Shown one piece after another: positions 22,301-31,079 of a DNA stretch of 63,530 bases (position 1 is its first letter; each line of letters opens with the position of its first letter). The translations under genes were made by a program, and so were the position numbers. Source of the stretch: a virus (taxonomy: Duplodnaviria; Caudoviricetes); the IMG/VR virus record IMGVR_UViG_3300009705_000016, positions 1 through 63,530 of that record; one strand, given 5' to 3'. Under the pieces are notes generated by a model. That model ran no database searches. It was not told where the DNA came from and worked only from the letters and a program-made list of their open reading frames with translations.

Positions 22301-22861
22301 TTGTAATTTAAAATCTTCTGGAACCATAGAGAAACAACCAATGTCTGACAAATCTACATTCATAATCAAAGATTGTTCACCCAAAGGTGCTCCATAAATC
22401 ATAAAGTCACCAGAATCATTTGTTTTAGCGGTATATTTATAATACTTGTCATAAACATATTTAACGTCAGAAACTAAAAGAACGTCATCCACATTTGGGA
22501 AACTACCTGTTGGTAGGTGTCCCGTATAACTAGGGTCTGTTGGTAGTAGGTTGTACCTATATCCCTGTTCATTTCTAGAGTTTTGTGATTTATAAGGATA
22601 GATTTGTGTTACTGCTTCGTTTTCTTCGTCTTTTGAGTCTAACGGAATGAATATTGAAATTTTAGCATTGGGTAGTCCGAACCCCCCATTTATTATAACT
22701 CTACCACAAATAACACCAAATTCAGAACAGTCTTTTGGGTACACATCTGTTTGGTGTAAGTTTAAACTTAGAATTTCTAATAAGTCGAAATCCTGGGTTA
22801 AATCAAAAGTTACTTCTTTATCTACGCCTATTTCAGTTCGTATTCTTAATTTTTTTAACAT
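19316..22861 (-). CDS. Large baseplate-associated protein with N-terminal prealbumin/carboxypeptidase-regulatory-like fold and an internal hydrophobic segment
   Basis: GRVIINGGFGLPNAKISIF...TNDSGDFMIYGAPLG pattern; long apolar stretch YIWITVYWLMVIICSVVDIVGVIWGFITGVINTIVCAVC. Confidence 0.5.
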   Translation of the reverse strand: MLKKLRIRTEIGVDKEVTFDLTQDFDLLEILSLNLHQTDVYPKDCSEFGVICGRVIINGGFGLPNAKISIFIPLDSKDEENEAVTQIYPYKSQNSRNEQGYRYNLLPTDPSYTGHLPTGSFPNVDDVLLVSDVKYVYDKYYKYTAKTNDSGDFMIYGAPLGEQSLIMNVDLSDIGCFSMVPEDFKLQGFPESDFNGAAFKTGSNLDSLPQIVMMSKSVDIRPLWGDDESGCGAAITRADFDLRDAGAIEIKPTAVFMGSMASDTEKNSVNKKCKPRRHMGELCSLVASPGTLESVRFTPFWKKEARPDDFDFLPGVEEEIPVLERFDIDGGFTIDDNGAWLVNVPMNLDYVVTNEYGERELSPDPTVGVPTKGKYRFRAKPLETTGSARQRRRGAFLIPQIKEYYREEDFNVTIPDPNPLNPGGTVTLPFTRDVVLSSTYYFGIHYFKYTEAAINMGELIACKDVFYEFRYGRAYAVSQFHNHWKARAKDAFIGVKEIAPAESDDCGGQAVKFPINTANKNVNFAIVMNQFITRMMQYIWITVYWLMVIICSVVDIVGVIWGFITGVINTIVCAVCKAWYWAFSGGVTSQCKCCCDDPLNAKICCKVDFDAAFNCSSIFGCLHLRVTKYPECDKCGCYTAAGGGGCISDCYGNCDDEGEEEDDYVNCNGPSSETFHLEDGCYNIKWDNILSALVGAFGDDKGPTVAISDWRKRENLFRSMCDGLMNYFWSNNWVTGFLYAFQFKAKVKPDSDEDAGFKVKMCEDLVAFHPESQNFYYRCTPYEYDPVTNTGTFRGGAAYDAHSFNAWQLLNPVGVLTMLRDLVSVTPAAGANRSNILAPTTIMDLGPLIENIGEICVETGGASEGCSIANDLGTTSFADPGDFMFDAINEIVNANDGIAEMINLRTPFQRYESGGWFAGDGKRRELNGGMASILSQFNEVGSVEYESPDDMSMMLFGADVTTGGANIGISPGTMWWTAYNLGWDYSPPGETTPYPGGGTYWTMDTFNSPPGYSAYGSPDWVNGWIPEGQQYWEDRSVGCPHVGNFDSIQLTVGLASGTTSNQSGQDIRDCLNIYLDQTSQVVPFYKWDKGATNQFGGGYGSDDRYEFGDFMTDVGDIAQGDFQNRIAWGVPTTPISSDQMEREIALGTGYHFYFGLVPGSTSYDLFAKKYIPLKHDDDIYL

Positions 22862-22877
22862 CTAGTGTGTTTATATG

Positions 22878-22884
22878 ATAAATA
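22878..22884 (-). promoter_or_regulatory. TATTTAT element (putative late promoter)
   Basis: 16 nt upstream of ATG 22861. Confidence 0.55.
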
Positions 22885-22934
22885 CTTCTTATTGTAAAAT
22901 CAAAAATACACTCACAGTTAAATTATGTAAATAA

Positions 22935-24773
22935 TTAGGAGAAGTTTGGTCGGTCGATTTGTTTTACACGAACACGTATATCTACGTCAGCGTATTTAAT
23001 TTGTGGCATTTCATCTGGTAAAAAGAATAGTGTTTGGTCTATGACTTGTATTTGTTTGGTTGTTGGATTAGTTAATTGACTTATTTGTGAATTAGAGTAT
23101 GTGCCACCTACCTCATTATACACTCTAACATCTATAACATTTAACACCCCTGGTTGTTCAGAAATTTTACCATATAGTTGACTTAAACTAATAGTCTGTC
23201 CTAATTCATTAGAATCTATATCAAAAAAGTCTTTTACACTACTTATCACATTACTAACAACTTGTCCTTGATTGACATCGTTAGTTATAACCACATCAAT
23301 ATCCAAACTAATATCTATAACATTAGCAGATGTAACTTCTATATAGTCATTTAACATTCTATAGTTAGATAGGTATTCCGCTACATTATTTTTTAGTGTA
23401 GAACTTACGTTTGATGTTAGGGCACCGTCAGGTGAATAAGATAATAAACTAATTTTTACCTTATTTTCTATTTCTGTAACCCCTACTTTTGCTGCGGCTC
23501 CAAATTGAGCTGGCATAGTTCGTATTCTAGCTACATAATCATTTATTGTTACAGCTCTATTTTGTGCTGCAAAATTAAATGTAACGTAATTTCTAACTTC
23601 TTCAGTGGACATTTGGTCGTCACCACCAATAGCTGCTGTTACATTAGTAACTTGTAGACTATTAGAAACACTACTATTAATTGTAGATACGGGCCCAGAC
23701 ACTACAAAGTCTATAACACCTAAAGAATTTATAGCTCCCGCTCCTAGATTAGAAGATTTACCACCCCCTACCCTGTATTGTATGAAGAGTGTGGTATTAC
23801 CTTGGACCGTAGACCCTAATGAAATGTTATTCATAAATTTATTTAAGTTAACATTAACTCCGTATTTGGAAAACTCGTCCAACAATTTTTGTGACCTATT
23901 ATTACCACTACCAAATGTTAAAAAGAAGAACCCTTCTGGTGTAAATTCAGTAACCATTCTTTTTTCGGTTTGGATGTACCTCCCTACTTTCATTCCTGGG
24001 TCATCAGCTGGGGTGGATGGGTCTATTTCAAAAATTTCTGATTCTGCTAAAGAATCTACCTCATACCACTTATTATCTTTTGCTGTGATAAATTCTAACG
24101 ATGATGGTAATGTTGTATAACCTAAACCTTCTTTTTGTATGATAGAAGTTACACCTAATACATTTCTTTCTGGTAAAAATAACTTAAAAAATGGTTTACT
24201 ATCTATATCTCTAATTTCTTTTTTAAATATTTTTGTAACACCATTTACAACAACCTCTCTTTTAGTAATTGTATAATTTTGTATTATACCATTAGAATTT
24301 AAGTTAGGTATTTTAGTCCTATTAACCGCTCCCTCTACATTATATTGTGATGAAAAATCACAGTCATTTACTAATTCAAATACTTGTCCACCACCTCTTA
24401 TTTGTGCACCTCTCCTTAAAAATCCTAAATATCTTTCATCTTCTTTATCACCTCTTGCTGGTACAACAATAGAGAAATCACATAAAGTTAGTGATGGTCT
24501 ATTACCTGGTATTTTAAGACCATAAGTTCTAGCTATATTGAATATGGAACTTCTTTCTTGAGCATACCCTAGTACGGTTTCTTGTAGTGTCCTATCAATA
24601 TTAAAGTGTAGGTTATCCGCAACTGCAGCGTTTAAATCTAAAAATACTGAATATATAGACGCATCATTAGCATTTTTAATTAAATCTGGGTAATAGGTAT
24701 GGGTTAATCTTAATAATTCATTTCTTAATCCTAAGAAATCTCTTTCAGTGTATGCTATTTTTTTCTCTGCCAT
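22935..24773 (-). CDS. Baseplate wedge subunit, T4 gp6/baseplate J-like
   Basis: AQERSSIFNIARTYG, YRVGGG..SN and QNRAVTINDY motifs; adjacent to gp25-like gene. Confidence 0.85.
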   Translation of the reverse strand: MAEKKIAYTERDFLGLRNELLRLTHTYYPDLIKNANDASIYSVFLDLNAAVADNLHFNIDRTLQETVLGYAQERSSIFNIARTYGLKIPGNRPSLTLCDFSIVVPARGDKEDERYLGFLRRGAQIRGGGQVFELVNDCDFSSQYNVEGAVNRTKIPNLNSNGIIQNYTITKREVVVNGVTKIFKKEIRDIDSKPFFKLFLPERNVLGVTSIIQKEGLGYTTLPSSLEFITAKDNKWYEVDSLAESEIFEIDPSTPADDPGMKVGRYIQTEKRMVTEFTPEGFFFLTFGSGNNRSQKLLDEFSKYGVNVNLNKFMNNISLGSTVQGNTTLFIQYRVGGGKSSNLGAGAINSLGVIDFVVSGPVSTINSSVSNSLQVTNVTAAIGGDDQMSTEEVRNYVTFNFAAQNRAVTINDYVARIRTMPAQFGAAAKVGVTEIENKVKISLLSYSPDGALTSNVSSTLKNNVAEYLSNYRMLNDYIEVTSANVIDISLDIDVVITNDVNQGQVVSNVISSVKDFFDIDSNELGQTISLSQLYGKISEQPGVLNVIDVRVYNEVGGTYSNSQISQLTNPTTKQIQVIDQTLFFLPDEMPQIKYADVDIRVRVKQIDRPNFS

Positions 24774-24774
24774 A

Positions 24775-25281
24775 TTATAAATTTATAATAACAAAATCTC
24801 TTGTTCCAAAGATATCATCTTTTATGCTATAATCTATAAAAATTTTAGCAGTGTATTCTTCTGTCCCATCTCCAGCTACTCTATAAATTCTATCATCTAG
24901 ATTGGTATCTACTGTACTATTTTTAGAAGCTATAGATGGGTGGTTGGATGTGTTTATATTTTTTTCATTTTCTCTAGCTTCCTCTAGACTCTGTATTTTT
25001 ATTTCATTAACAACAATATTAGGGATGTATTTTTTTATTACGTCTCTTAGTTCGGAGTCTATAGCTTGGAAGGTTGTAGTGTCTAGTTGGTCAAACACAT
25101 ATTCATATAGTCTGGTCCCGAAATCTGGTAAAAAGTATCTTGACCCTTTTCTTGTGAGGACTAAATGTATTAAATCACTTTTAGTTTCCTCAGCTACAGT
25201 TGTAGTTGTTTTTAAAAAAAACCCACTATCACTATCGTTAAAAGGAAATGCTATCCCATATCTTTCTCTAGCTATTGTCAT
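24775..25281 (-). CDS. Baseplate wedge subunit, gp25-like
   Basis: LVLTRKGSRYFLPDFGTRLYEYVFDQ gp25/GPW motif. Confidence 0.85.
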   Translation of the reverse strand: MTIARERYGIAFPFNDSDSGFFLKTTTTVAEETKSDLIHLVLTRKGSRYFLPDFGTRLYEYVFDQLDTTTFQAIDSELRDVIKKYIPNIVVNEIKIQSLEEARENEKNINTSNHPSIASKNSTVDTNLDDRIYRVAGDGTEEYTAKIFIDYSIKDDIFGTRDFVIINL

Positions 25282-25286
25282 ATTAA

Positions 25287-25293
25287 ATAAATA
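25287..25293 (-). promoter_or_regulatory. TATTTAT element (putative late promoter)
   Basis: 5 nt upstream of ATG 25281. Confidence 0.55.
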
Positions 25294-25305
25294 CTTTGGT
25301 TTGGT

Positions 25306-25515
25306 TTATCTATCAACTTTCTGAAACATGCCTTCTAATACTTGTTCTATAGCACCCATTACAGCATATTGGTCACCTCCCCAACTATCTTTATGTCGTT
25401 CAATTAAACGTTCAACAACATGTCTTAAGTCCTTTTCTAAACTATTCCACTTATCGTCGTCACTTACTTGCCAATAAGATTCTTCTCTTAATATTTTTTT
25501 AATTAGATGTTTCAT
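25306..25515 (-). CDS. Small hypothetical protein with short IxKILREE leader
   Basis: MKHLIKKILREE N-terminus; has its own TATTTAT element. Confidence 0.6.
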   Translation of the reverse strand: MKHLIKKILREESYWQVSDDDKWNSLEKDLRHVVERLIERHKDSWGGDQYAVMGAIEQVLEGMFQKVDR

Positions 25516-25522
25516 TACTATT

Positions 25523-25529
25523 ATAAATA
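25523..25529 (-). promoter_or_regulatory. TATTTAT element (putative late promoter)
   Basis: 7 nt upstream of ATG 25515. Confidence 0.55.
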
Positions 25530-25547
25530 TAAACCCCTTCTAATTCT

Positions 25548-25626
25548 TCCATTCTTTCCAGTAGTCAAAGTCTTTTAGTTTCACTTGTTTCTCCATTCTT
25601 TCCAGTAATCAAAGTCTTTTAGTTTC
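25548..25626. repeat. 35-bp direct repeat, 2 copies, 1 mismatch
   Basis: tccattctttccagta(g/a)tcaaagtcttttagtttc at 25548-25582 and 25592-25626. Confidence 0.9.
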
Positions 25627-25826
25627 TCTAGTAAGTTTTTGGACACTAGGGACATTTTTTCTGTATAATTAGATAACGTGATATAATCCCTACAATGTTT
25701 CCTATTGTGTTCTATGATTTCCCTCTGTGTGGGTAACTCAGTTATACGTTCACGTTCCATCCCTTCATCCATTATTAAATCTTCCTCAACTAACTTATAC
25801 CTATCATGTTTATTTCTTAGTCTCAT
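25581..25826 (-). CDS. Hypothetical protein (81 aa)
   Basis: ORF directly downstream of RNR, ends KLKDFDYWKEWRNK. Confidence 0.55.
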   Translation of the reverse strand: MRLRNKHDRYKLVEEDLIMDEGMERERITELPTQREIIEHNRKHCRDYITLSNYTEKMSLVSKNLLEKLKDFDYWKEWRNK

Positions 25827-25844
25827 TTTCTTTTACGTTTGTAT

Positions 25845-27752
25845 TTAACTTGCTTCCACTTCTTTAATGTCAACACTCAACGATTTTAAATCTACATCAA
25901 TTTCACAACTACCACCAGAACAAGCTAATTCACCAGATAAATCAGTATTATCGTCTAATTCTATAACTTTAGTCAAATCAATATCTGTTAATGGTTTCAT
26001 CAATGCATCATATCGTTCCCTTGTAATATCCTCAAAAGGAGCTTGAGTGTATGTTCCACCGTCGTAAGGTAAGACAGCTAACCCATTGTAGTGGTCTCTA
26101 TTTTCCCACATCCATTCTCCAGCAGCATCCCATTCATTATCTTTCAAACTTATTGTCGCTGAAACATTGTGACTGTTAGACCCTTTTCTATGTCCGGAAC
26201 GTACCCATTCTGTAGCAACTTTCTTAACCCTTTCTAATAGGTCAAAAGGTGATTCGGTCCTTAATATTGAACCTGAAGGTGCTTTTTGTGGTATACTAAT
26301 CACAGCTGTATCATGAGGTCTAAAATAATCGTCCTCTAGTAATTCTGGGTGGTTAATATTTAGATAAACATAAATTGACTCATTTTTACCAACCCTAACC
26401 CTTCTAACATAATAATCATTATGCCATGCATGAATTCCAGAACTCGTACCTAATGTCAATGATGTTGTACCAGCTGGTTTAACTGTTGTTGTTCTAGCTG
26501 CTTGGTTAATACCTAGTAATTTAGAAACTCTAGTATTTTCTCTTTTAACTAAACTAGCAGCTTTTTTCATATCATAATCAAAAACTTTACCAGAACCAAT
26601 TCCCGTCATTGACACCCCAATTAAAGCATCTTTCTCTGTGGTCTCTTGCCAAACTTCTCTTAAATAATGAAATGATGTATATCCAGCTTGAAGTGTCCCT
26701 ATAAAAGCTGCAACTTTTACTCGTTCATTTAGGTCTTCTTGTGATTCGATATTTGAAACATTAACTTCACATAGGTTGCAAAACTGATATGGTCTTAACG
26801 CAATCTCACAGCATGGGTTAGTTCCCCAATCTTTATCGTTATTTAGGTATATTCCTGGTTCTCCGGCTCCTGATAACTCAACTCTTTTCCATAACCCCAT
26901 AAAAAATTCTTTGGTGATTTTGTGTCTCATTAAACATGCTGAGTTGTTTGCTCTACCTCTCTGTGGGTTTAATTCCCACCAATTACCAGCTTTACACCCA
27001 ATCATGGAGTCATCGTCTGCTGAAAATAAACTAATTAAAGCTGCTCTTCTAATACCACCAGCTAGTACAGCATCAGCTATATAACAGATAATGTCATGAA
27101 CTTCTAGTGTTGTTAATTGGTCTCCATTTTCTTTTTCTATTAATATACCTTCAATCTTAACTAAACATTCTTTCAATGGTTGAGGTCCTGGTGCTTTCCC
27201 TCCTGAGGTCACAAGTCGTGCTCCTTTAGCTCTAATATCTGTGAAATCAAATTCCACTCTAGAACCACCACCATTCATATACGATTTCATTAGAACCTTA
27301 ATTGCGTCCGCCCAACCTTCAATTGAGTCACCAATTAAGAATCTGCGTTTTCTTTTTGGGTATGGTTTACTTATTACTGGTAATTTTTCTACGTGGTGTT
27401 TTTGTACTGAGTACCCAACACCGGTCCCACCTAATAATAAGAACATTGTTTCACTAAACGAATCTATATGGTCTAATGGTAGGTATGCACAATTATAAAT
27501 CCTATTAGGGCTTATCTCAATTGGTTTTCCTCCAAATTGCATTGACCTCATTGATGGTAACACCTTCTTATTATGAACTAGTTTGTATTTTTCTTGTATT
27601 TCACCCTCTAGTTCTGGGTATTTTTTTATATGCATGGCTTTGTTTCGTATAACTAATTCATCCCACGTCTCTCTTCTATTTAGCTCTGGTACGTACTTTG
27701 CGTACTTCATATGGACAGTTATATCCGATAAAATTTTGTTTGAAATTTCCAT
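25845..27752 (-). CDS. nrdJ: Class II (adenosylcobalamin-dependent) monomeric-type ribonucleotide reductase
   Basis: LPSMRSMQFGG, YNCAY, GGIRRAA, TNPCCEI, VKPAGTTS and C-terminal ACSGGSCE; no small-subunit gene adjacent. Confidence 0.9.
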   Translation of the reverse strand: MEISNKILSDITVHMKYAKYVPELNRRETWDELVIRNKAMHIKKYPELEGEIQEKYKLVHNKKVLPSMRSMQFGGKPIEISPNRIYNCAYLPLDHIDSFSETMFLLLGGTGVGYSVQKHHVEKLPVISKPYPKRKRRFLIGDSIEGWADAIKVLMKSYMNGGGSRVEFDFTDIRAKGARLVTSGGKAPGPQPLKECLVKIEGILIEKENGDQLTTLEVHDIICYIADAVLAGGIRRAALISLFSADDDSMIGCKAGNWWELNPQRGRANNSACLMRHKITKEFFMGLWKRVELSGAGEPGIYLNNDKDWGTNPCCEIALRPYQFCNLCEVNVSNIESQEDLNERVKVAAFIGTLQAGYTSFHYLREVWQETTEKDALIGVSMTGIGSGKVFDYDMKKAASLVKRENTRVSKLLGINQAARTTTVKPAGTTSLTLGTSSGIHAWHNDYYVRRVRVGKNESIYVYLNINHPELLEDDYFRPHDTAVISIPQKAPSGSILRTESPFDLLERVKKVATEWVRSGHRKGSNSHNVSATISLKDNEWDAAGEWMWENRDHYNGLAVLPYDGGTYTQAPFEDITRERYDALMKPLTDIDLTKVIELDDNTDLSGELACSGGSCEIDVDLKSLSVDIKEVEAS

Positions 27753-27768
27753 ATTTTTTATTTTTATT

Positions 27769-29142
27769 TTATTTATTTAATACTTTTTCTCTTCTTTCCA
27801 GAGCATCCATTACTCTTTTTCGGTTTCTTTGTGTTTTGTCTTCTTCGAAACCTAAGAAGGTTTGTGTCGATTGGGTGTCTATTTCCAATGTGGCGTTGTT
27901 AAATGTACAGTTTTCAAATATGATACCGTCCTGACCCAACCTAGACTTTGTAATAGCGATAGTAGCTAACCCAAGTTCTTTTTGTTGTAGTGTTTTTGCT
28001 ACTGAAATTATGACATGTCCTACTTGAGCTTTTTTAATAGACCCACCCATTTGGTCTGTTGTTACCACTTCAGAGGAGATTGAGGACCTATTACCTTGTG
28101 CTGCGGTCCAACCAACTAAATTTAATTCATGACACATACCTTCGAATTTCCTCATAACCGAACCTTCACCTTTCCATTCGTCATTATAACTTCTGTCTGG
28201 TATAACACAATCTATATAGTCTAAAACCACAATATCTAAAGTAACACCTTCTGCTGTTATTTTTCTGATTTGGTTTTTAATTTGAGCGATAGTAAACTCG
28301 TCCGAAGCCAACTTCTTTAATATTAACTTACCACCATTTGTTTTCATCTCATCAGCTTTAGAAAGTACTTTTTCTTTATGTTCACTTAGTTTTTGAGGTT
28401 CTATTCCTGTCCAACAAGTAAAATGTTTTCTTTGTATAATTTTAGGGTTATCTTCAAAGAATATTTGTAGAACGTTATATCCCATATTAAAAGCTGTGTT
28501 AGCGAATCTTGTTAGTATGGTAGTTTTACCAACCCCAGTAGGTGCTAGGATAACACCCAACTCACCTTTTGCTAGACCACCATTTAATAAATTGTCGATG
28601 CCGTCTATCCCAGTAGGGATTGGGTGTCTATAATCTTCCTTTAAAACGTCTTCTAGGTTTTGAAATACTTCCATTGTTCCTTCGTCCCCTTCTCCAATAC
28701 TAATAGCTTCTCTTATATACTCTTCACATAAATCATAACTTTCAAAGTCACCTTTTTCTAATATAGTTTCTACCTTTCTAATAGCTTTTTTTAATTCTTG
28801 TTGTTTACAAAATTTTATTGTTTTTTCTTTTATAAACAAATGGTCCTCAAAAGAAGAATCTTTTATTTCTTTTAACATATCAATAACACATTTTTTAGCC
28901 ATTTCAGAAGAAATTTCTAATTGTGTTAATTGTTCTATACCTTCAAACGATGGAAGTGACTGGTACTTTTCATAATACTCCTTCATCATCTGCATAATCA
29001 ACTTAAAGTATTGGTTGTCAAAATACTTAGGTTGTATACTATCAACTATAGACTGTGCAAATAATTTATCAGTTATAATTAAATTTAATATTTTCAGTTG
29101 GAAGTTGTGTCCGAGGTACCCAAAATTTTCAGTGTTTGTCAT
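27769..29142 (-). CDS. Replicative SF4 helicase (DnaB/gp41-like)
   Basis: IPTG...LNGGL, Walker A APTGVGKT, Walker B VVLDYID, WTAAQGNR, TKSRLG. Confidence 0.9.
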   Translation of the reverse strand: MTNTENFGYLGHNFQLKILNLIITDKLFAQSIVDSIQPKYFDNQYFKLIMQMMKEYYEKYQSLPSFEGIEQLTQLEISSEMAKKCVIDMLKEIKDSSFEDHLFIKEKTIKFCKQQELKKAIRKVETILEKGDFESYDLCEEYIREAISIGEGDEGTMEVFQNLEDVLKEDYRHPIPTGIDGIDNLLNGGLAKGELGVILAPTGVGKTTILTRFANTAFNMGYNVLQIFFEDNPKIIQRKHFTCWTGIEPQKLSEHKEKVLSKADEMKTNGGKLILKKLASDEFTIAQIKNQIRKITAEGVTLDIVVLDYIDCVIPDRSYNDEWKGEGSVMRKFEGMCHELNLVGWTAAQGNRSSISSEVVTTDQMGGSIKKAQVGHVIISVAKTLQQKELGLATIAITKSRLGQDGIIFENCTFNNATLEIDTQSTQTFLGFEEDKTQRNRKRVMDALERREKVLNK

Positions 29143-29158
29143 ATGTTGTTGTTTAAAA

Positions 29159-29165
29159 ATAAATA
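29159..29165 (-). promoter_or_regulatory. TATTTAT element (putative late promoter)
   Basis: 16 nt upstream of helicase ATG 29142. Confidence 0.45.
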
Positions 29166-29178
29166 CTAAAATTACTAA

Positions 29179-29607
29179 TTAAAGTTGCTTATCTAGGTAA
29201 TAACAATAAGGTTCTCTTGATGACAAAACGTCAGTTAGTTCTCTTAAGATGTAAGAAATTTGTGGTCTTATATCTACAGAAAATTTTACTTTAGGGGGGT
29301 ATATGTCGGCAGGGAAAATTCTTTCCATTATTATAGTGTTACCTTTTTTAATAGCTATCGTAAAATTGTCTTTCACGTCCTGTAATTTTGACACATCCTC
29401 TTTAAAAAATTCGTCAATAATATCTACGGTTTTTAAAATTAATTTTTTGGATATTAAATCTTTTACGTCATAAACACAATCATAAAGCTCTATTGACTTC
29501 ACCGTTTCGGGATTGTGGTTTCTAACTGTAAAAAATCTTTGGCATATAATATTATCGTTTATCGATAATACGAATTCAAACTTTTCTTTTTCTTCAAATT
29601 GTTTCAT
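29179..29607 (-). CDS. Hypothetical protein (142 aa)
   Basis: ORF within the replication operon. Confidence 0.6.
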   Translation of the reverse strand: MKQFEEKEKFEFVLSINDNIICQRFFTVRNHNPETVKSIELYDCVYDVKDLISKKLILKTVDIIDEFFKEDVSKLQDVKDNFTIAIKKGNTIIMERIFPADIYPPKVKFSVDIRPQISYILRELTDVLSSREPYCYYLDKQL

Positions 29608-29608
29608 T

Positions 29609-30619
29609 TTATAAAATTTTTTTAAATTTATTTTTTTCTATTCTTGTTAACATTAAAAATGGCTTAGTAAAGTTTAAGAAAGATTCATCGGAATTTCCAA
29701 TAAAATTAAATAAACCATCTTCCATCATCATTCTTAATAAGTTTTTATAGGAACGACCTTCTGGGTCCATATTTTCACTTATTAATTCTTCAATCTCTTT
29801 TTGAGATTCTTTTGGTAGTAGGGTTTTACTAAGGTCTACCAAAAATTTATTTCTTTCAAAGAAATCCTTCCCTAACTCACCTTCTTTAGTGATTCCTTTT
29901 ATTATGTTATTAACTCTAAAATTACTTTCACCCTTAAGGTACTTGTCTCTACATTTATATAAAAAATATTCAAGAGTTATATTTTTTTCTAATATTTCGG
30001 GTACTGTATTTATAACTGTTTTTATCCCAACACCCTTTATACCACTTATATCATCAGAAGAATCACCACATACGATTTTAATAACCTTTATGTTTTCTAC
30101 TGGTATAAAATGTTTTTCAAATTTAATTTTATCACCCTTTTTAATAATATCTGGATGATTTAAAAATTTTAAATTAACACTGTCCGACACTAATTGGGTT
30201 AAGTCTCTGTCGTTGGTTAGTACTGTTACCTCTTCACTGTTATTATTTAAACAATAAAAAGCTATACAATCGTCAGCTTCATGACCCGCAAACTCACATT
30301 GTCTTATAAAAATTTCTTCTAGGTATTGTTTTGTTCTTACTTTTTGGGAATATAGTGATTCGGTTTGTTCATCACTTAATCTTTTATTTGCTCGATTAAT
30401 TTTATAGTTTTTATAAACTTTTCTTCTACTTTCATAGTTTTTTGGGCCATCCCAAGTAACTACAACTTTATTAAAACTATATTCTGTTATTAATTTTTTT
30501 ATAGTATTTAGAAAATAAAAAACAGCTCCAAGATTTGTGTTTCTGTCTTGGAAGTTTTTTAATCCGTGAAACCCTAACTGTAGTAGTGAGTTTCCATCAA
30601 CAAGAAGAGTTTTAGTCAA
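29609..30619 (-). CDS. 5'-3' exonuclease / flap endonuclease (PolI N-terminal or T4 RNase H-like)
   Basis: LLVDGNSL, EADDCIA, TNDRDLTQL, GDSSDDISGIKGVGIKT; TTG start. Confidence 0.9.
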   Translation of the reverse strand: MTKTLLVDGNSLLQLGFHGLKNFQDRNTNLGAVFYFLNTIKKLITEYSFNKVVVTWDGPKNYESRRKVYKNYKINRANKRLSDEQTESLYSQKVRTKQYLEEIFIRQCEFAGHEADDCIAFYCLNNNSEEVTVLTNDRDLTQLVSDSVNLKFLNHPDIIKKGDKIKFEKHFIPVENIKVIKIVCGDSSDDISGIKGVGIKTVINTVPEILEKNITLEYFLYKCRDKYLKGESNFRVNNIIKGITKEGELGKDFFERNKFLVDLSKTLLPKESQKEIEELISENMDPEGRSYKNLLRMMMEDGLFNFIGNSDESFLNFTKPFLMLTRIEKNKFKKIL

Positions 30620-30644
30620 TTTTTTTTACTTAAAGGGTTAAATA

Positions 30645-31079
30645 CTATTTTTCTATTTCTAAAAGTTCAATTTCAAAATTTAAATCTTCACCAGCTAATG
30701 GGTGATTCAAATCTAAAGTCACTTCTTTTTTACTAACCTCAACAATCGTAGCTGTTGCTGGTTTACCACCTTTTGTGTTACCTTGTATTCTTTCATCAAT
30801 AATAAATCTAAATTCTGGTGGGAAATCTTCTCTTGGTACCTTTATCTCGGCCTTCGGGTTAACTTCTCCATACGCCTTATCTATCGGTATATGTATAGAT
30901 TTTTTTTCACCTACTTCCATACTTCTAACAGTATTTTCAAAATCTCTTAGTACTTTACCATCACCTATATTAAAGTCTAATGGTTCTTCTCTAGCAACTG
31001 AATTGTCAAATTCTTTACCATCTTTAAGAGTACCTATGTAATGCACTTTAACTTTTTTCCCTACTTTTATATTAGTCAT
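30645..31079 (-). CDS. FKBP-type peptidyl-prolyl isomerase (SlyD/SlpA-like with insert-in-flap domain)
   Basis: VKVHYIGTLKDGKEFDNS, KAYGE, LDLNHPLAGEDLNFEIELL. Confidence 0.9.
   Translation of the reverse strand: MTNIKVGKKVKVHYIGTLKDGKEFDNSVAREEPLDFNIGDGKVLRDFENTVRSMEVGEKKSIHIPIDKAYGEVNPKAEIKVPREDFPPEFRFIIDERIQGNTKGGKPATATIVEVSKKEVTLDLNHPLAGEDLNFEIELLEIEK

Noticed and set aside
25522-25529. TATAAATA on the + strand as genuine T4 late promoters firing antisense
   Set aside because: Copies point away from the adjacent ATG and the motif inverts at the + strand gene 60154, so the functional sense is more likely TATTTAT
25548-25626. 35-bp repeat pair as a DGR template/variable repeat
   Set aside because: Too short, only one mismatch (synonymous in the coding frame), and no reverse transcriptase in the window
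25845-29142. Inteins or introns in RNR or helicase
   Set aside because: Both ORFs are continuous, of normal length, and show no splicing or homing-endonuclease motifs
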